64,000 nucleotides of DNA from Nemertoderma westbladi (GCA_032718475.1 JAUCBJ010006096.1:19774-83773), one strand, 5' to 3'. Shown: positions 49,085 to 59,552, numbered from the stretch's first letter. Translations and numbers: made by a program. Notes: generated by a model from the sequence alone, not told the origin.

Positions 49085-49160
49085 GTAGAGCTTAGAGTTT
49101 GTGGTAAGAATACCTGTCATGTTAACGGCAGACCTGGGTTCGACTACCAGTGGCGCTGTA
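49085..49160 (+). mobile_element. Degenerate tRNA-derived SINE head or tRNA pseudogene
   Basis: A-box-like tagagtttgtggtaag and B-box gggttcgactacc at tRNA-like spacing; no intact cloverleaf. Confidence 0.45.
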
Positions 49161-49719
49161 ATCAGTCTTTTACAATTTATTTCACAATGCTGCTCGCTAC
49201 ATCCAATAATTGTCTCGCTAAATTCCTAAGATCTTAATTTAACGAATGGATGCAAAAACAATTATATAACATTCGAAGAATTTCAAGAAAAATAAATTCT
49301 GTAATAATAGGAAGGATATCGGGGGGCAATAACATGTGAGGTGGTTAATTCACTGGTGGGCAATTGTATTAGTTCCTTTTTTGGACCCTGAAAATTAATG
49401 TGAAACTTTTTCTTATTTTACTAAAGCTTTTAAGGGGACTGCGAATGAAATACGACTTGACTCAGAAACTCCAGACTCAGAAATGTTTGATAATTATTCT
49501 GTTTATTGTTAATATGATTGAAATGTGTTTTGGAAACACAAAAACCCGACCTGTAATATATTGTCATTCTCCGATAATACGAACCAACACAACTAATTAT
49601 ATTCACCTCGATTACCGTACGGATACAAAATATTGGAATTGTGTTACGTGTGTGTTAAGTGTGTAAGATTTGATTGTTTTGGCACGAACCCATTAGGGCA
49701 CAGAAACTGACGGATTCTT

Positions 49720-49805
49720 CGCGAATTTTGTAAACGTCGCGAATTTTGTAAACGTCGCGAATTTTGTAAACGTCGCGAATTTCGCAAACGTCGCAAACTT
49801 CGGGA
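49720..49805 (+). repeat. 18-bp tandem repeat x~4.5 (gcgaattttgtaaacgtc)
   Basis: Direct reading of the sequence. Confidence 0.9.
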
Positions 49806-49894
49806 ATTTTTTCTACAATTTTGACTCCTTAAGCAAAAGGGTCCCGAATGAGCTTCTTAACCCTTATTTTTTTGTGATTTTGATTGCTTTTTTA

Positions 49895-50135
49895 TATTAG
49901 TGAATGTTCTAGAACCTTAGTAGATTTTTTATGGTATAATGCTTGTATTTTTTACTAGCTATAAATTTTTGGAAATTATTTTGGTCATTAATATATTCTT
50001 CAACAGTTTAACCTGAAATATCATGGACTTTCACATTTTTTATAATTTCTAAAAATACTAGCTAGCAAAAAAACACTACCGGTAGCTATCATAAAAAACA
50101 TATCTACTAATGTTAGAGAACTTACACCAATACCA
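49895..50135. repeat. Imperfect ~240-bp palindrome related to internal sequence at 5645-5725
   Basis: Arms tgttctagaacctta...tactagcta and tagctagcaaaaaaacac...gttagagaac resemble tagctagtaaaaaaacac...ggttctagaacattcacc at ~5655. Confidence 0.6.
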
Positions 50136-50464
50136 AAAAAATTTAAAAACTCTAAAAAAGGATTGGTGAAAAATGGCTGGGGTGTCGACAGGGCGAAGTA
50201 GGGACCGTGTTGCTTAACCCCTTAGAGCCTATGACGTCCAGTGCATGTCACCATGGACAGCACTAAGACGTGCAGTGGACGTCATGCTGGAATACATGTT
50301 TTATTGGAAGGCTCTTGGAGTAGGTATACTGGTGGATAGTATTAAAGACATTTAGTGCTCTTCATGGGAAAAAATCCATTCTGTACTGTAGATAGGCTGT
50401 ATTGTAGACTGTATTATCAATGTTAGGTATATGGCGTAATGTCAACCACAGTCTTACAGTAGTA

Positions 50465-51003
50465 CAGACTGACAGTAAGACCGACAGACAGACAGACTAG
50501 ATGTATGTAAACGTGTACTGACATCAGAAATGAAATCAGCAACCCTTAAAACCCCCATAGCGGGAATGTTGGTTAGTTAGTATACTTTCTTAAGTTTTGA
50601 CAGACTGACTGACAGAAAAAGACCGACAGCCAGACAGACTACATTTATTAAACGTGAAAACTGACATCTGAAATGAAAGCAGCACCCATTAAAACTCCCA
50701 TAACGAGAATGTTAGTTAGTTTGTATTCTTTTTTAAGTTTTGACAGACAGACTGACTGACAGAAAGACCGACAGACCGACAAACTAGATTTATGTAAACC
50801 TGAAAACTGACATCAGAAATGAAATCAGCACCCCTTAAAACCCCCACAGCGAGAATGTTAGTTAATTTGAATTATTTTTTATGTTTTGACAGACTGACTA
50901 ACAAAATGACCGACAGACAGACAGACTAGATTTATGTAAACGTGAAAACTGACATCAGAAATGTAATCAGCACACTTAAACCCCCATAGCGAGAATGTTA
51001 GCG
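50465..51003 (+). repeat. ~143-bp tandem repeat x4 with (GACA/GACT)n microsatellite
   Basis: Unit cagactgac...actagatttatgtaaac...ctgacatcagaaatgaaatcagcacccc...gagaatgtt. Confidence 0.9.
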
Positions 51004-51270
51004 ACAAGTTTTAATTATTAACTATATTTCGTAAGATATATTTTAAAACATTTATTTATTAATAATGCAATAACTGAATAACCAGATAACGGAATGACAA
51101 ACCGAATTGAAACTTTTAATTAGTAATAATAATTGTGGTGAGAGGTGATTGGAAATCAAGGATATATGTTATGTTATGGTAGGCACAGGCAAATGAATTG
51201 ATGTCTGTTGAGATGTATTGAAGGAGCACTATTCCTTCTACTAGACTACTACAGTTAGGCCATGTCCTTG

Positions 51271-52010
51271 AGTAGTAGGCATAACAACGTGATTGAGACA
51301 GCGTCTGCCATAGTCTACCATGTTAAAGAATTTGCCGAACGGCTCTTGCCCCGCCTACTTACTATGATTACTATTGTTGCCCCACCCACTTACTATGGTT
51401 ACCATGGTTACCATTGTGCATATGTAACATATGTCACCGCTGTGTATATATGTGACATACACGGTATAAGACCAGTTTGCAGGCGTGCCCCGCCTACTTA
51501 CTATGATTACTATTGTTGCCCCACCCACTTACTATGGTTACCATGGTTACCATTCTTGACCCCGCCATGGTTACTATGGTTACCATTGTGCATATGTGAC
51601 ATATGTCACCACTGTGTATATGCGACATATGCGGTATAAGGCCAGTCCACAGACGGAAGTAATTTAATTAATTCGTGTCTACCGGTCGGCGTTTGACCTT
51701 GAACCGCAATAGGTAAAGTGGGCAAACCCATAATATTACACTTTTAATTACAGTTGCAACAGCTCATCTCCAATTTAAATAAACACAGACTTATGGGGGC
51801 GAGCCATGAAGTGAGTGATAGCATCGAAGTGAGGTTATTGTATTTATACTTATCACTACGCAACAAGTTGTGGGGGGGGCGAGCCGTGAAGTGAGTATAA
51901 GGTTATAGTATTTATAATATTATTTTAATAATTTGATTATTCTACCTATGGGGCGAGCCATGAAGTGAGTGATAGCATCGAAGTAAGGTTATTGTATTTA
52001 TAATTATTAA
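51271..52010. repeat. Candidate Polinton terminal inverted repeat region
   Basis: (AGT)n start typical of Polintons; 139-bp duplication (51347/51486); palindrome gtgacatatgtcac; three ggggcgagcc(a/g)tgaagtgagt repeats; partner TIR lies outside the window. Confidence 0.55.
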
Positions 52011-52031
52011 TTGTCGAAATTATTACTTACA

Positions 52032-52322
52032 TTAATTTTCGGTTGGAGGCGGCGTATGTGTTTCGCCGACCATTCGCGGGGGGCATACACACATCGATCG
52101 CCCCCCAGCGATCGGCAAGACGATCGCCGGGCGCGTCGGGACCAAATCATCGTTGATCATTGACCGTGAGTTAAATTCAATTGAGTGCATCACCCACACC
52201 CTGCGTGCCCACTCAGCTTTTTTGAGAAGTTTCCTGTTTGATTTTTCCAAATTAAATGGCGGAGGATGATACTCGAAGGGTTGGACAACTAATAACTTCG
52301 GGTTTTTACCGCCTTCAGCCAT
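52032..52322 (-). CDS. Hypothetical 96-aa Polinton protein
   Basis: ATG start after AT-rich intergenic DNA, same strand as the other element genes; no motif. Confidence 0.35.
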   Translation of the reverse strand: MAEGGKNPKLLVVQPFEYHPPPFNLEKSNRKLLKKAEWARRVWVMHSIEFNSRSMINDDLVPTRPAIVLPIAGGRSMCVCPPRMVGETHTPPPTEN

Positions 52323-52654
52323 TGATATTGAATTGAAAATTAATTTAATAATTAATAAATTATAAGAATATAAGAATAATATTAAAAATTAAAATAATAA
52401 TGTGATGCCGCTATCACTATTCTCAATGTTATTATATAGCAAACTAGCTAACTAATTTTCTATGCTTCACGGCGTATCTATATTATTTCTTTTGCAAAAC
52501 TGCCCACATATGTGAGTAAATTGAACTCAGAGCTTTGATTGTCGTTAGAGCGTTTAATTATTGCCTAATTCGCGTAGCCTGGATTGAGATTCTGGCCTTT
52601 GTGTTAACCGCGTAAGTTGGGCGGCAGATGCTTGGGTCCCAATGTGCTCTGTGC

Positions 52655-52903
52655 CTAATTATTATTATTTCCGGTTTTACCAGATACGTTAAAGAGACCC
52701 CCGCCCGTAAGGTTTCTGTGAAGACCCCAACCCATATCACTTACCGTGCCCCATATATTTATTAAAAATATTGCTATTACTATATACCCAAGAAATAAAT
52801 ATTTATTATTAATATTAACGCTAATAATAATATGTTCACACACCGTAATTGAATATACCCATAACCAAAATAAATAAATTATTTTATTAATGAAAGTGTC
52901 CAC
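52655..52903 (-). CDS. Small hydrophobic, possibly two-TM hypothetical protein
   Basis: ATG overlaps the protease 3' end; two hydrophobic stretches. Confidence 0.35.
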   Translation of the reverse strand: MDTFINKIIYLFWLWVYSITVCEHIIISVNINNKYLFLGYIVIAIFLINIWGTVSDMGWGLHRNLTGGGLFNVSGKTGNNNN

Positions 52904-53319
52904 TGTAATAACAATAAATCATTGTACCGCAAATTAGAGGTGAATATATTCATTGCTCTGGGATTTTTCGGCACCTCGGTTAAATAATACAGACAAAATA
53001 GACCACACTGAGTCGATTGTGGCGCTTGAAATATTTTACGATTCCAAGTATGCCTTTGGGTATATTTATGCAACCAATATGATATTTTTGGTGGAGGCGC
53101 TTTACCAAACGAATCTAAATAATAAGCAATTCTGTTAACCACGCGCACGCAAGACCAGTGTTGTCCAGGTAGGCCTATACGTTGATTATTAATAATAAAT
53201 GAATAATTTTGTTTATGCTTATTTTTTTTTGTGTGTATTATGTGTAATTGGTCGATTGCGTAAACACCGATGTATTCGGGCCCCACCGGGAATTTCGCTA
53301 ATTGTATAGAGTCCAACAT
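52879..53319 (-). CDS. Adenain-like cysteine protease
   Basis: PGQHW, YLDSFG, FQ....TQCGLFC. Confidence 0.9.
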   Translation of the reverse strand: MLDSIQLAKFPVGPEYIGVYAIDQLHIIHTKKNKHKQNYSFIINNQRIGLPGQHWSCVRVVNRIAYYLDSFGKAPPPKISYWLHKYTQRHTWNRKIFQAPQSTQCGLFCLYYLTEVPKNPRAMNIFTSNLRYNDLLLLQWTLSLIK

Positions 53320-53349
53320 CTTAGCGTACGCGTATCATTAAAAGTTTAT

Positions 53350-54600
53350 TTATTCAGTTATTATTTCCTTGGCTTCCGAAATAGATAGAAGAGCGTCATA
53401 GCTTGCCATTAATATAACGTTAATAGTGTTAACTAGCGCATTACTAAATTTCAGAATCAAATGCCCACTAGTATGAACACTAGGTTGAATCTCATGGCTT
53501 TGATCCCCGCCGGCAGTAAGATCAAATACGATCAAAGGAAATTGGGTACGAAATCGTTCTGGTGTTAGCGAGCAAAATACGCCGCTCAAGCTCTTGAACA
53601 CGTTCATTAAACTTTCGAATTCCAACATAAAATTGTTTTCTGGAAAGTTAGGGCGATATGGATACCCGTGTATAATACGGGAGTCGATGTTTAGTTCAGC
53701 ATAATTTAAACCGAAATGGTTAAAATGTAACGGATTACTGCTTAATTCCCCGTTGAAGCTGGCGTTGGTAAGCATTCCAACCAAAATATACTTAGGTAAT
53801 TTCCCTTGGATTATGTTCGATTCTGTATAACTGGATTGCCCACCGCCAATAGTGAAGGTTTTCACTTCTTGTTTTAACAAGTTATAAATAAAGTCATTTT
53901 TTTGTGACCCCAACAAATGCGCGCGCATAACCTCGGCATCAATCTTGTGGCGTTTTATTTTTAAATTAATATTCATGATTTCAACTCTCGGGTTTACCAA
54001 TCCTGCGGGGGGTTCAACTTTCAAAAAAAAATTATTCGATACTCGGTCTATACGAAGTCGAATGTTAATTCCCGGCGGCAGTAATTTGTCCTGGCTTGCC
54101 AGGTCTAAAAAAATTGGGGCCACAACGAATTTAACATAATTCCCGCGAACGTCATTCTCAGTAGCGACAGGTACCCCACCTAGATTATTATCATTATCTT
54201 CATACCCACCAGCACTTAAAATACTGCGTTTTTCGTTAGCATCTGTCAACAGTAATGTCTGAAACGTAGACTTATAGGCGTAGAACCCATTCGAGGTTTC
54301 AACTAGCTTTTCATTTAAATATAACGAACAATTTTCAAATAGTGACCCACCCGGGTAATTAAGATGGTGGAGGGTTGTATCGTCGTTAGCCCTATTACCA
54401 TCCCATGTAATTTTATATTTAATGTGAAATTTCGAATTCTTTAAATCAGTATATAGAACATTTGACTGGGGTATAAAGAACTCGATTTGTCGGGCATTCG
54501 CGTCAAGAGTAGAAATCGGGTAGATATCCGAAAAATGTGAAGATGTATATTCTCGCTGATTTGTTTTACTTGAGAATAATGATAATTCTAATTTACTCAT
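53350..54600 (-). CDS. Polinton major capsid protein
   Basis: LELSLFS, QDKLLPPG..I.L, PKYILVGM..N..F.G....NPLHF.HF, FDLT; homolog of 27725-28984. Confidence 0.9.
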   Translation of the reverse strand: MSKLELSLFSSKTNQREYTSSHFSDIYPISTLDANARQIEFFIPQSNVLYTDLKNSKFHIKYKITWDGNRANDDTTLHHLNYPGGSLFENCSLYLNEKLVETSNGFYAYKSTFQTLLLTDANEKRSILSAGGYEDNDNNLGGVPVATENDVRGNYVKFVVAPIFLDLASQDKLLPPGINIRLRIDRVSNNFFLKVEPPAGLVNPRVEIMNINLKIKRHKIDAEVMRAHLLGSQKNDFIYNLLKQEVKTFTIGGGQSSYTESNIIQGKLPKYILVGMLTNASFNGELSSNPLHFNHFGLNYAELNIDSRIIHGYPYRPNFPENNFMLEFESLMNVFKSLSGVFCSLTPERFRTQFPLIVFDLTAGGDQSHEIQPSVHTSGHLILKFSNALVNTINVILMASYDALLSISEAKEIITE

Positions 54601-54609
54601 TTTGTTAAG

Positions 54610-55137
54610 TTACATAAAAATATCACGGCATTTATTATTTCGCTTTTTACGTTTGCGCCCAACGTTCATACCCACACTTGGGTGTCGTCGTTTCCCGCTC
54701 CTCTTTTTTTTACTTTTCGGGTTTGTAAATTCATTGTATACCCGTTGGGCGATTTGGCGAGTCTTTGGATGAGGTTCTAACCGCTCGGCCACTTTATTTA
54801 TCAAATCATCTGCTTTACCGCGTAAAATACGTTTTCCTTCCGGTATTATGTATTTCCGTGCTACTTTCGCTGCTTTGGGGAGTGCCTTAGTTAGCACCTT
54901 TCTCCCTAACTTGCGGGCTAATATACCCAGACCAGTTGTTAATATTCCGCGTCCGCGCTGGCGATTTTGGGTGTATCGCCGCCCGAATTTATTATTCTTA
55001 TTATTCCATATACCAGTAGATGGGCCAAACCCCGGGAGAATGCTTCCACCCTTAAAAACGGGTATATCGCTATAATTCCCGCTTCCCAGTTGGATTTGTG
55101 GGGTGCTATATAATTTAAACAAATCAGAATCTGACAT
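54610..55137 (-). CDS. Basic core protein
   Basis: SDLF..YS.PQ, PVFKGG, QRGRG; Lys/Arg-rich tail; homolog of 27162-27722. Confidence 0.7.
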   Translation of the reverse strand: MSDSDLFKLYSTPQIQLGSGNYSDIPVFKGGSILPGFGPSTGIWNNKNNKFGRRYTQNRQRGRGILTTGLGILARKLGRKVLTKALPKAAKVARKYIIPEGKRILRGKADDLINKVAERLEPHPKTRQIAQRVYNEFTNPKSKKKRSGKRRHPSVGMNVGRKRKKRNNKCRDIFM

Positions 55138-55143
55138 TATTAT

Positions 55144-55447
55144 GAGTATTTATTATAACATATAATAATAATTCTTTACTACATACGTATATGTGTAATC
55201 TACAAATATAAGTAGCATATAATAACGCAATAATTAATTATATATACATTAATTCGACGACAACCATTTCCCATAACCAACCGCGAGTTTCGCAGGAGTA
55301 TTTATTATAACATATAATAATAATTCTTTACTACATACGTATATGTGTAATCTACAAATATAAGTAGCATATAATAACGCAATAATTAATTATATATACA
55401 TTAATTCGACGACAACCATTTCCCATAACCAACCGCGAGTTTCGCAG
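55144..55447. repeat. Exact 152-bp tandem duplication
   Basis: 55144-55295 repeated at 55296-55447; includes the nuclease 3' end and the core-gene upstream region. Confidence 0.95.
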
Positions 55448-55997
55448 AACAATAATTAAAACAAAAATCACTATTATCAGAATGGTAGGCACAATTTGTT
55501 ATTGCCGAAAAATCGTGAAAAAGGCATTTGGTGTCATAATCAACATATTTTTCGTTTATGCCGTACGTTTCTAGAAGTGTTCCATTCACATTAAATTCAT
55601 TTTTTAAAATAAATAATTTCGGTATTCCGCGTATTAATATTTGAAACCCCAACCGTTTTTTTTCTTGTAACCATTCCTGTATGTACATTTTAAATGCGCT
55701 TTGGTCCATAAATCCGTAGTCAAAATTAATGTGATGCGTAATATTGGCGAGTTGTGTGAGACGGTCGTATTCGCTTAAACTTAAAATTTTTGCAGGTGGA
55801 CCATTAATAAACCATACGTTTTCTAATGATTTGATGGTAGTATTATAAGCCGCAAACTCTTTAAAATAAATGGTTGCAACGGGGTGTTGGTCGATCTGCG
55901 GAAGATGCGTATAATATTGGAAATCTACTATTATTCCCGGGTTTTCCAGCGTCGGGTAATAATCACGCCCACGGCTGCGACTTAGAAATTTATCCAT
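55401..55997 (-). CDS. DnaQ/DEDD-fold, Maelstrom-like putative nuclease
   Basis: IIVDFQY...FKEFA, HHINFDYG, CLFH....CAYH...C..YCSAK. Confidence 0.55.
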   Translation of the reverse strand: MDKFLSRSRGRDYYPTLENPGIIVDFQYYTHLPQIDQHPVATIYFKEFAAYNTTIKSLENVWFINGPPAKILSLSEYDRLTQLANITHHINFDYGFMDQSAFKMYIQEWLQEKKRLGFQILIRGIPKLFILKNEFNVNGTLLETYGINEKYVDYDTKCLFHDFSAITNCAYHSDNSDFCFNYCSAKLAVGYGKWLSSN

Positions 55998-56071
55998 ATA
56001 GTCGCTATAACTTCAGATAATCAGATAATAATAAATAATAAATAATTTACATCGATTAAATTGTGACTATC

Positions 56072-56875
56072 TCAATCAATTCGTATAAAATGAAGCGTCA
56101 ATATTGAATTTCCATAATGAAAGCGCAACAAATTTCCGGAATCTCCAATCAATCGAACTCGTATATAACGTAAATTAGATGTTGAATTAACTTTTTTATA
56201 GTAGACTTCCTCAACTTCACGACTAATAATTTGCCCATATTCCCCTTCTATGGGTATGCTACGCAACAGAGGGTATTCGCTATTGTCTACAAATTGAGGT
56301 TCGACGCAATTGATATGTATATTTATGTTGGGTTCCAGTATTTCGACAGCATTAGGATGCTTATGGCAGTCGTACTTATTATTCCGCGAATCAATCCTTA
56401 GCAAGTGATAATCCCCCGCAGCATTTTGCACACACATAAAACCTTTGCCATCAACCTCGTGTTCTGTTAATCCTAGGTAACCACCCAAACGTTTACTGAC
56501 AAATATCGACAACTGTTTACCTTTAAAATGTATGGTTATATTACCTGAGCGTGCTGTATTATCAATTATATTAATTTGGCCTTTAATAAGGCTTTTGTTG
56601 AAGTACTCAATGATCCTTTCCAATGATAGGAAAGATCCTTCGGGGAGAGTAACATCTCTTGTAAACATTTTTTTATTTTTTATGGCCTTTATATAAATGT
56701 CGCTATTGTCATACCTGATACTAGATACGTACGTTATACCGGTTAAACCTATTAACCATTGCCCTTTAGCGAAAGGTAAAGGAATTTGCAAATTTGTTTG
56801 GAAATCGCTGGCGCTATTACGCGGGAATTCTATGGGGTTTGCGTTTGAGGGTAGTACAACGTAATAACTGTTCAT
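56072..56875 (-). CDS. Minor capsid protein (penton) paralog 2
   Basis: YVVLPSN....FPRNSASDF...L..PL...W.IGL..I.Y ... PLLR.IP ... YY ... L.LHF. Confidence 0.8.
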   Translation of the reverse strand: MNSYYVVLPSNANPIEFPRNSASDFQTNLQIPLPFAKGQWLIGLTGITYVSSIRYDNSDIYIKAIKNKKMFTRDVTLPEGSFLSLERIIEYFNKSLIKGQINIIDNTARSGNITIHFKGKQLSIFVSKRLGGYLGLTEHEVDGKGFMCVQNAAGDYHLLRIDSRNNKYDCHKHPNAVEILEPNINIHINCVEPQFVDNSEYPLLRSIPIEGEYGQIISREVEEVYYKKVNSTSNLRYIRVRLIGDSGNLLRFHYGNSILTLHFIRID

Positions 56876-57756
56876 TCTTGTAGTTTTTGTCGCCGTTGTT
56901 GTTTTTTGAGTTCTAGAACTAAAATTGTTTTACCCCCATGAAAGACTATATGCTTTCCTTTATGGTCGCGAAGCGTTATACTAATTGTGTCGAGCACTTT
57001 TTTATTTCTTAATTGTTTGTAATGTGTGTTTTTGAATTCCAGGTTGATGAATGAGTATGGTTCCCATTTCAAAGGGATTATCCGCAAAAGAGGCGCCATC
57101 GAATGTCCTACGTGAGAAGATTCAATCATATCTGTATATATAAACATTGTGTGTCTATCCCTCGTTATATCGCAAGGTTCGGGGAATTCAACTCCATCCG
57201 CTTTGTTTGTATCTTTACAGCCTAAGTTCAATAAATCATCATCTTTGTTATAGTGTATTGCCCAAAGCGCCCCAAGACCCATTAAATTATTTTTTAAACT
57301 CGATAACCCGAAAATATTTATTATATCTCCATAGAATTGGAAATAGCGGCCTTTCTCACAATGTAGACGAATTTTTGATGTATGTTTTTGGTAGTTAAAC
57401 TTAACATCTTTGAAACCGTGGTGGGATATTGCGGGATTTTTCAAATAAACACTAATATGGTTTAAAATTGACTCAATAGAAGCATATAGACCAAGATTAA
57501 AATCGATTTCTATAAGATTGTATGGAGCTATATGAAATTCCAAATCCTCATCAACCATATATTCACCAATTCTAATTCCAGATCTTTGTTCAATATTTCT
57601 ATAGGTCGACACATACTGTATTTCCTTTAGACCCACGACCCAATCTGTGCTGACGGGGATAGGTTTGGACAACTCAATCGTGAAATCGCTGGGAGTGTTA
57701 TCAGGATATTTATCTAGACTGGCGTTGGAAGTCAACGTTAAATGTAAGTAATCCAT
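56872..57756 (-). CDS. Minor capsid protein (penton) paralog 1
   Basis: LTLTSNAS...YPDNTPSDF.I.L..PI...W.VGL.EI.Y ... FIYTD.IE...VG....PLLR. Confidence 0.85.
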   Translation of the reverse strand: MDYLHLTLTSNASLDKYPDNTPSDFTIELSKPIPVSTDWVVGLKEIQYVSTYRNIEQRSGIRIGEYMVDEDLEFHIAPYNLIEIDFNLGLYASIESILNHISVYLKNPAISHHGFKDVKFNYQKHTSKIRLHCEKGRYFQFYGDIINIFGLSSLKNNLMGLGALWAIHYNKDDDLLNLGCKDTNKADGVEFPEPCDITRDRHTMFIYTDMIESSHVGHSMAPLLRIIPLKWEPYSFINLEFKNTHYKQLRNKKVLDTISITLRDHKGKHIVFHGGKTILVLELKKQQRRQKLQE

Positions 57757-57770
57757 AATAATATAATTAA

Positions 57771-58845
57771 TTATTGTACGTGATCAACCCACCGATGTGC
57801 CGCAAAACCAACAAATTTAACCAAATATTGCTTTTTGCCGCTTTTATTTACTTTTTCTTTAATTATTTTTTCAATTGGTAGGAATTGAAATGGTTCTATT
57901 ACCTTTTGGATTTCATGCCGATAAAATGTCCCCTTTATAACGCGCCCATTCGAGTCCGCAACTTCGTACATAGGGTACGGCTCTCGATCCAATCTTATTC
58001 TGTAGATTTTGAAAATTTCTACAGTATAATTAGGTGTATAACCTTTGTCAAATGGCTTTCTAGCTAAACTCAGCCGCACCTTATCACCAACCTTGAAATG
58101 AACTCGACGCTGCGCACGGCGTTTTCTTTTATTGGGATGACCCACACTCCCATATAGTTTTAAAAATAGGTCAGTTTCATTCTTTTTATTGACAGAGTTT
58201 GGCGCCATACCAATGGTTCTATGTATTGAATTATTATATGCAACCAATATTTTTGGCAATATACCCATCCATTCTCTATTCTGTTTCCTCGTGAAAATTC
58301 TGTACATGCGAGATTTGAGGGTGCGATTCAGCCTTTCACAGATACTAGCTTTAAATTGGCTAACTAAAGTATAAAAATGAACATTATTGTTCAGTAAGAA
58401 ATCTTTCACCAATTTATTAACAAACTCAGTTCCTTGATCAACCGCTAGCCGTTTAGGTTTTCTATCTTTAAATATCGCGGCTAGGGCCCTTTTAATTTCG
58501 ACCCCTGTTTTACGTTTTAGACCCAACGCCCACGCCTTCCGACTAAAACAGTCAATACAAGTAAGTATGTAACCGTAGCCATTATTCTCACCCCTAAAAG
58601 GTTGCATATCGCACAAATAGATCACCAATACCGCTCGTGAAGATTTTTGATGTCGGGTAATGGCGCCTAGCCGGCGCGTGTAGGGAATACGTTCGTTGGG
58701 AGCTCAACCATTCTTTTGCGCGATTTCTCGTAACTTTAGCGGCTTTCGCTAGTTTGGTTACGCTCGCGAAACCGGCAGCATTTGAAACATCGTAATATAT
58801 TCTTCCCAGTCGTTTGTTTGTTCGATTTTCTACGATTCTCCCCAT
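57771..58845 (-). pseudogene. Polinton retroviral-like integrase with C-terminal chromodomain-like region, frameshifted at ~58615
   Basis: N-terminal YYD....GF...KL in one frame; CDMQ, IDCFSR, VDQGTEF, ERLNRTLK, YNNSIHRTIGMAP, FDKGY, IEKII..QYLVKF.G in another. Confidence 0.9.
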
Positions 58846-58969
58846 CGGTTGTGTCGTGTCGTGGAAGAAAACACTTGCAATGACAGTTAATACTTAATAT
58901 GAAACGTTCAAAAAACATACTACTACTACTATTTTAATGTTATCCTGCGCTTTGTTTCCACACGTCGAT

Positions 58970-59431
58970 TTATTGTAGTCCTACGTATTGTTTCCACGCG
59001 TCGGCGCGTTTTGTGTTGGAAGGGGTCACGCGGACCCTTTGCCGTTTCAACCAACCGCGACCAATTAATCGTTTTGGTATCCTTAATCGTTTTAATAACC
59101 CCAAAAATGTTGCTTGTCCTGGAATTATTTCGGTGTTTTTCTTATTTTTTTTTGTAGTCAGCAATTCAATCAAATGATCAATATTTGCTCCGGGAATAAG
59201 TTTATTTTCTATATAGAGTTTATTATTATCGTTCCACCGTACTCTGTCTCGCGAGAATCGCATCAAATAACTCAACAATCGTTTGGCTTTCTGGGATGAA
59301 ATTGTCACACCATCTAGCGGTTGTATTATATTATTGCTTTTCTTATTATTATTATTATAAGTATCCGTTAATAAAGTAGAAACTAGATACAACTTCTTAA
59401 AATTTCCGAGGCTAATCTCGTTATTTTTCAT
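58970..59431 (-). CDS. Conserved Polinton hypothetical protein
   Basis: KAKRLL..L ... WND...L.I....IPGANI..LI ... PG...FL..L....IP..LI pattern, between ATPase and integrase. Confidence 0.65.
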   Translation of the reverse strand: MKNNEISLGNFKKLYLVSTLLTDTYNNNNKKSNNIIQPLDGVTISSQKAKRLLSYLMRFSRDRVRWNDNNKLYIENKLIPGANIDHLIELLTTKKNKKNTEIIPGQATFLGLLKRLRIPKRLIGRGWLKRQRVRVTPSNTKRADAWKQYVGLQ

Positions 59432-59552
59432 CGTTATATATCATTATTAATATATTAATACTATATACTAGAGTTCACGTTCATGGACCGATAATAACCT
59501 AATTTCGGTGAAAGTCTAAACAATGTGTGAAAATGGTTTTAGCGCGGCGTCG

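Noticed and set aside
49085-49160. Functional tRNA gene
   Set aside because: Acceptor and anticodon stems do not pair; retained only as a SINE-like relic
51262-51639. 125-aa Tyr/Cys/Pro-rich ORF
   Set aside because: Translation of the tandem repeats in the candidate TIR; it straddles the putative terminus
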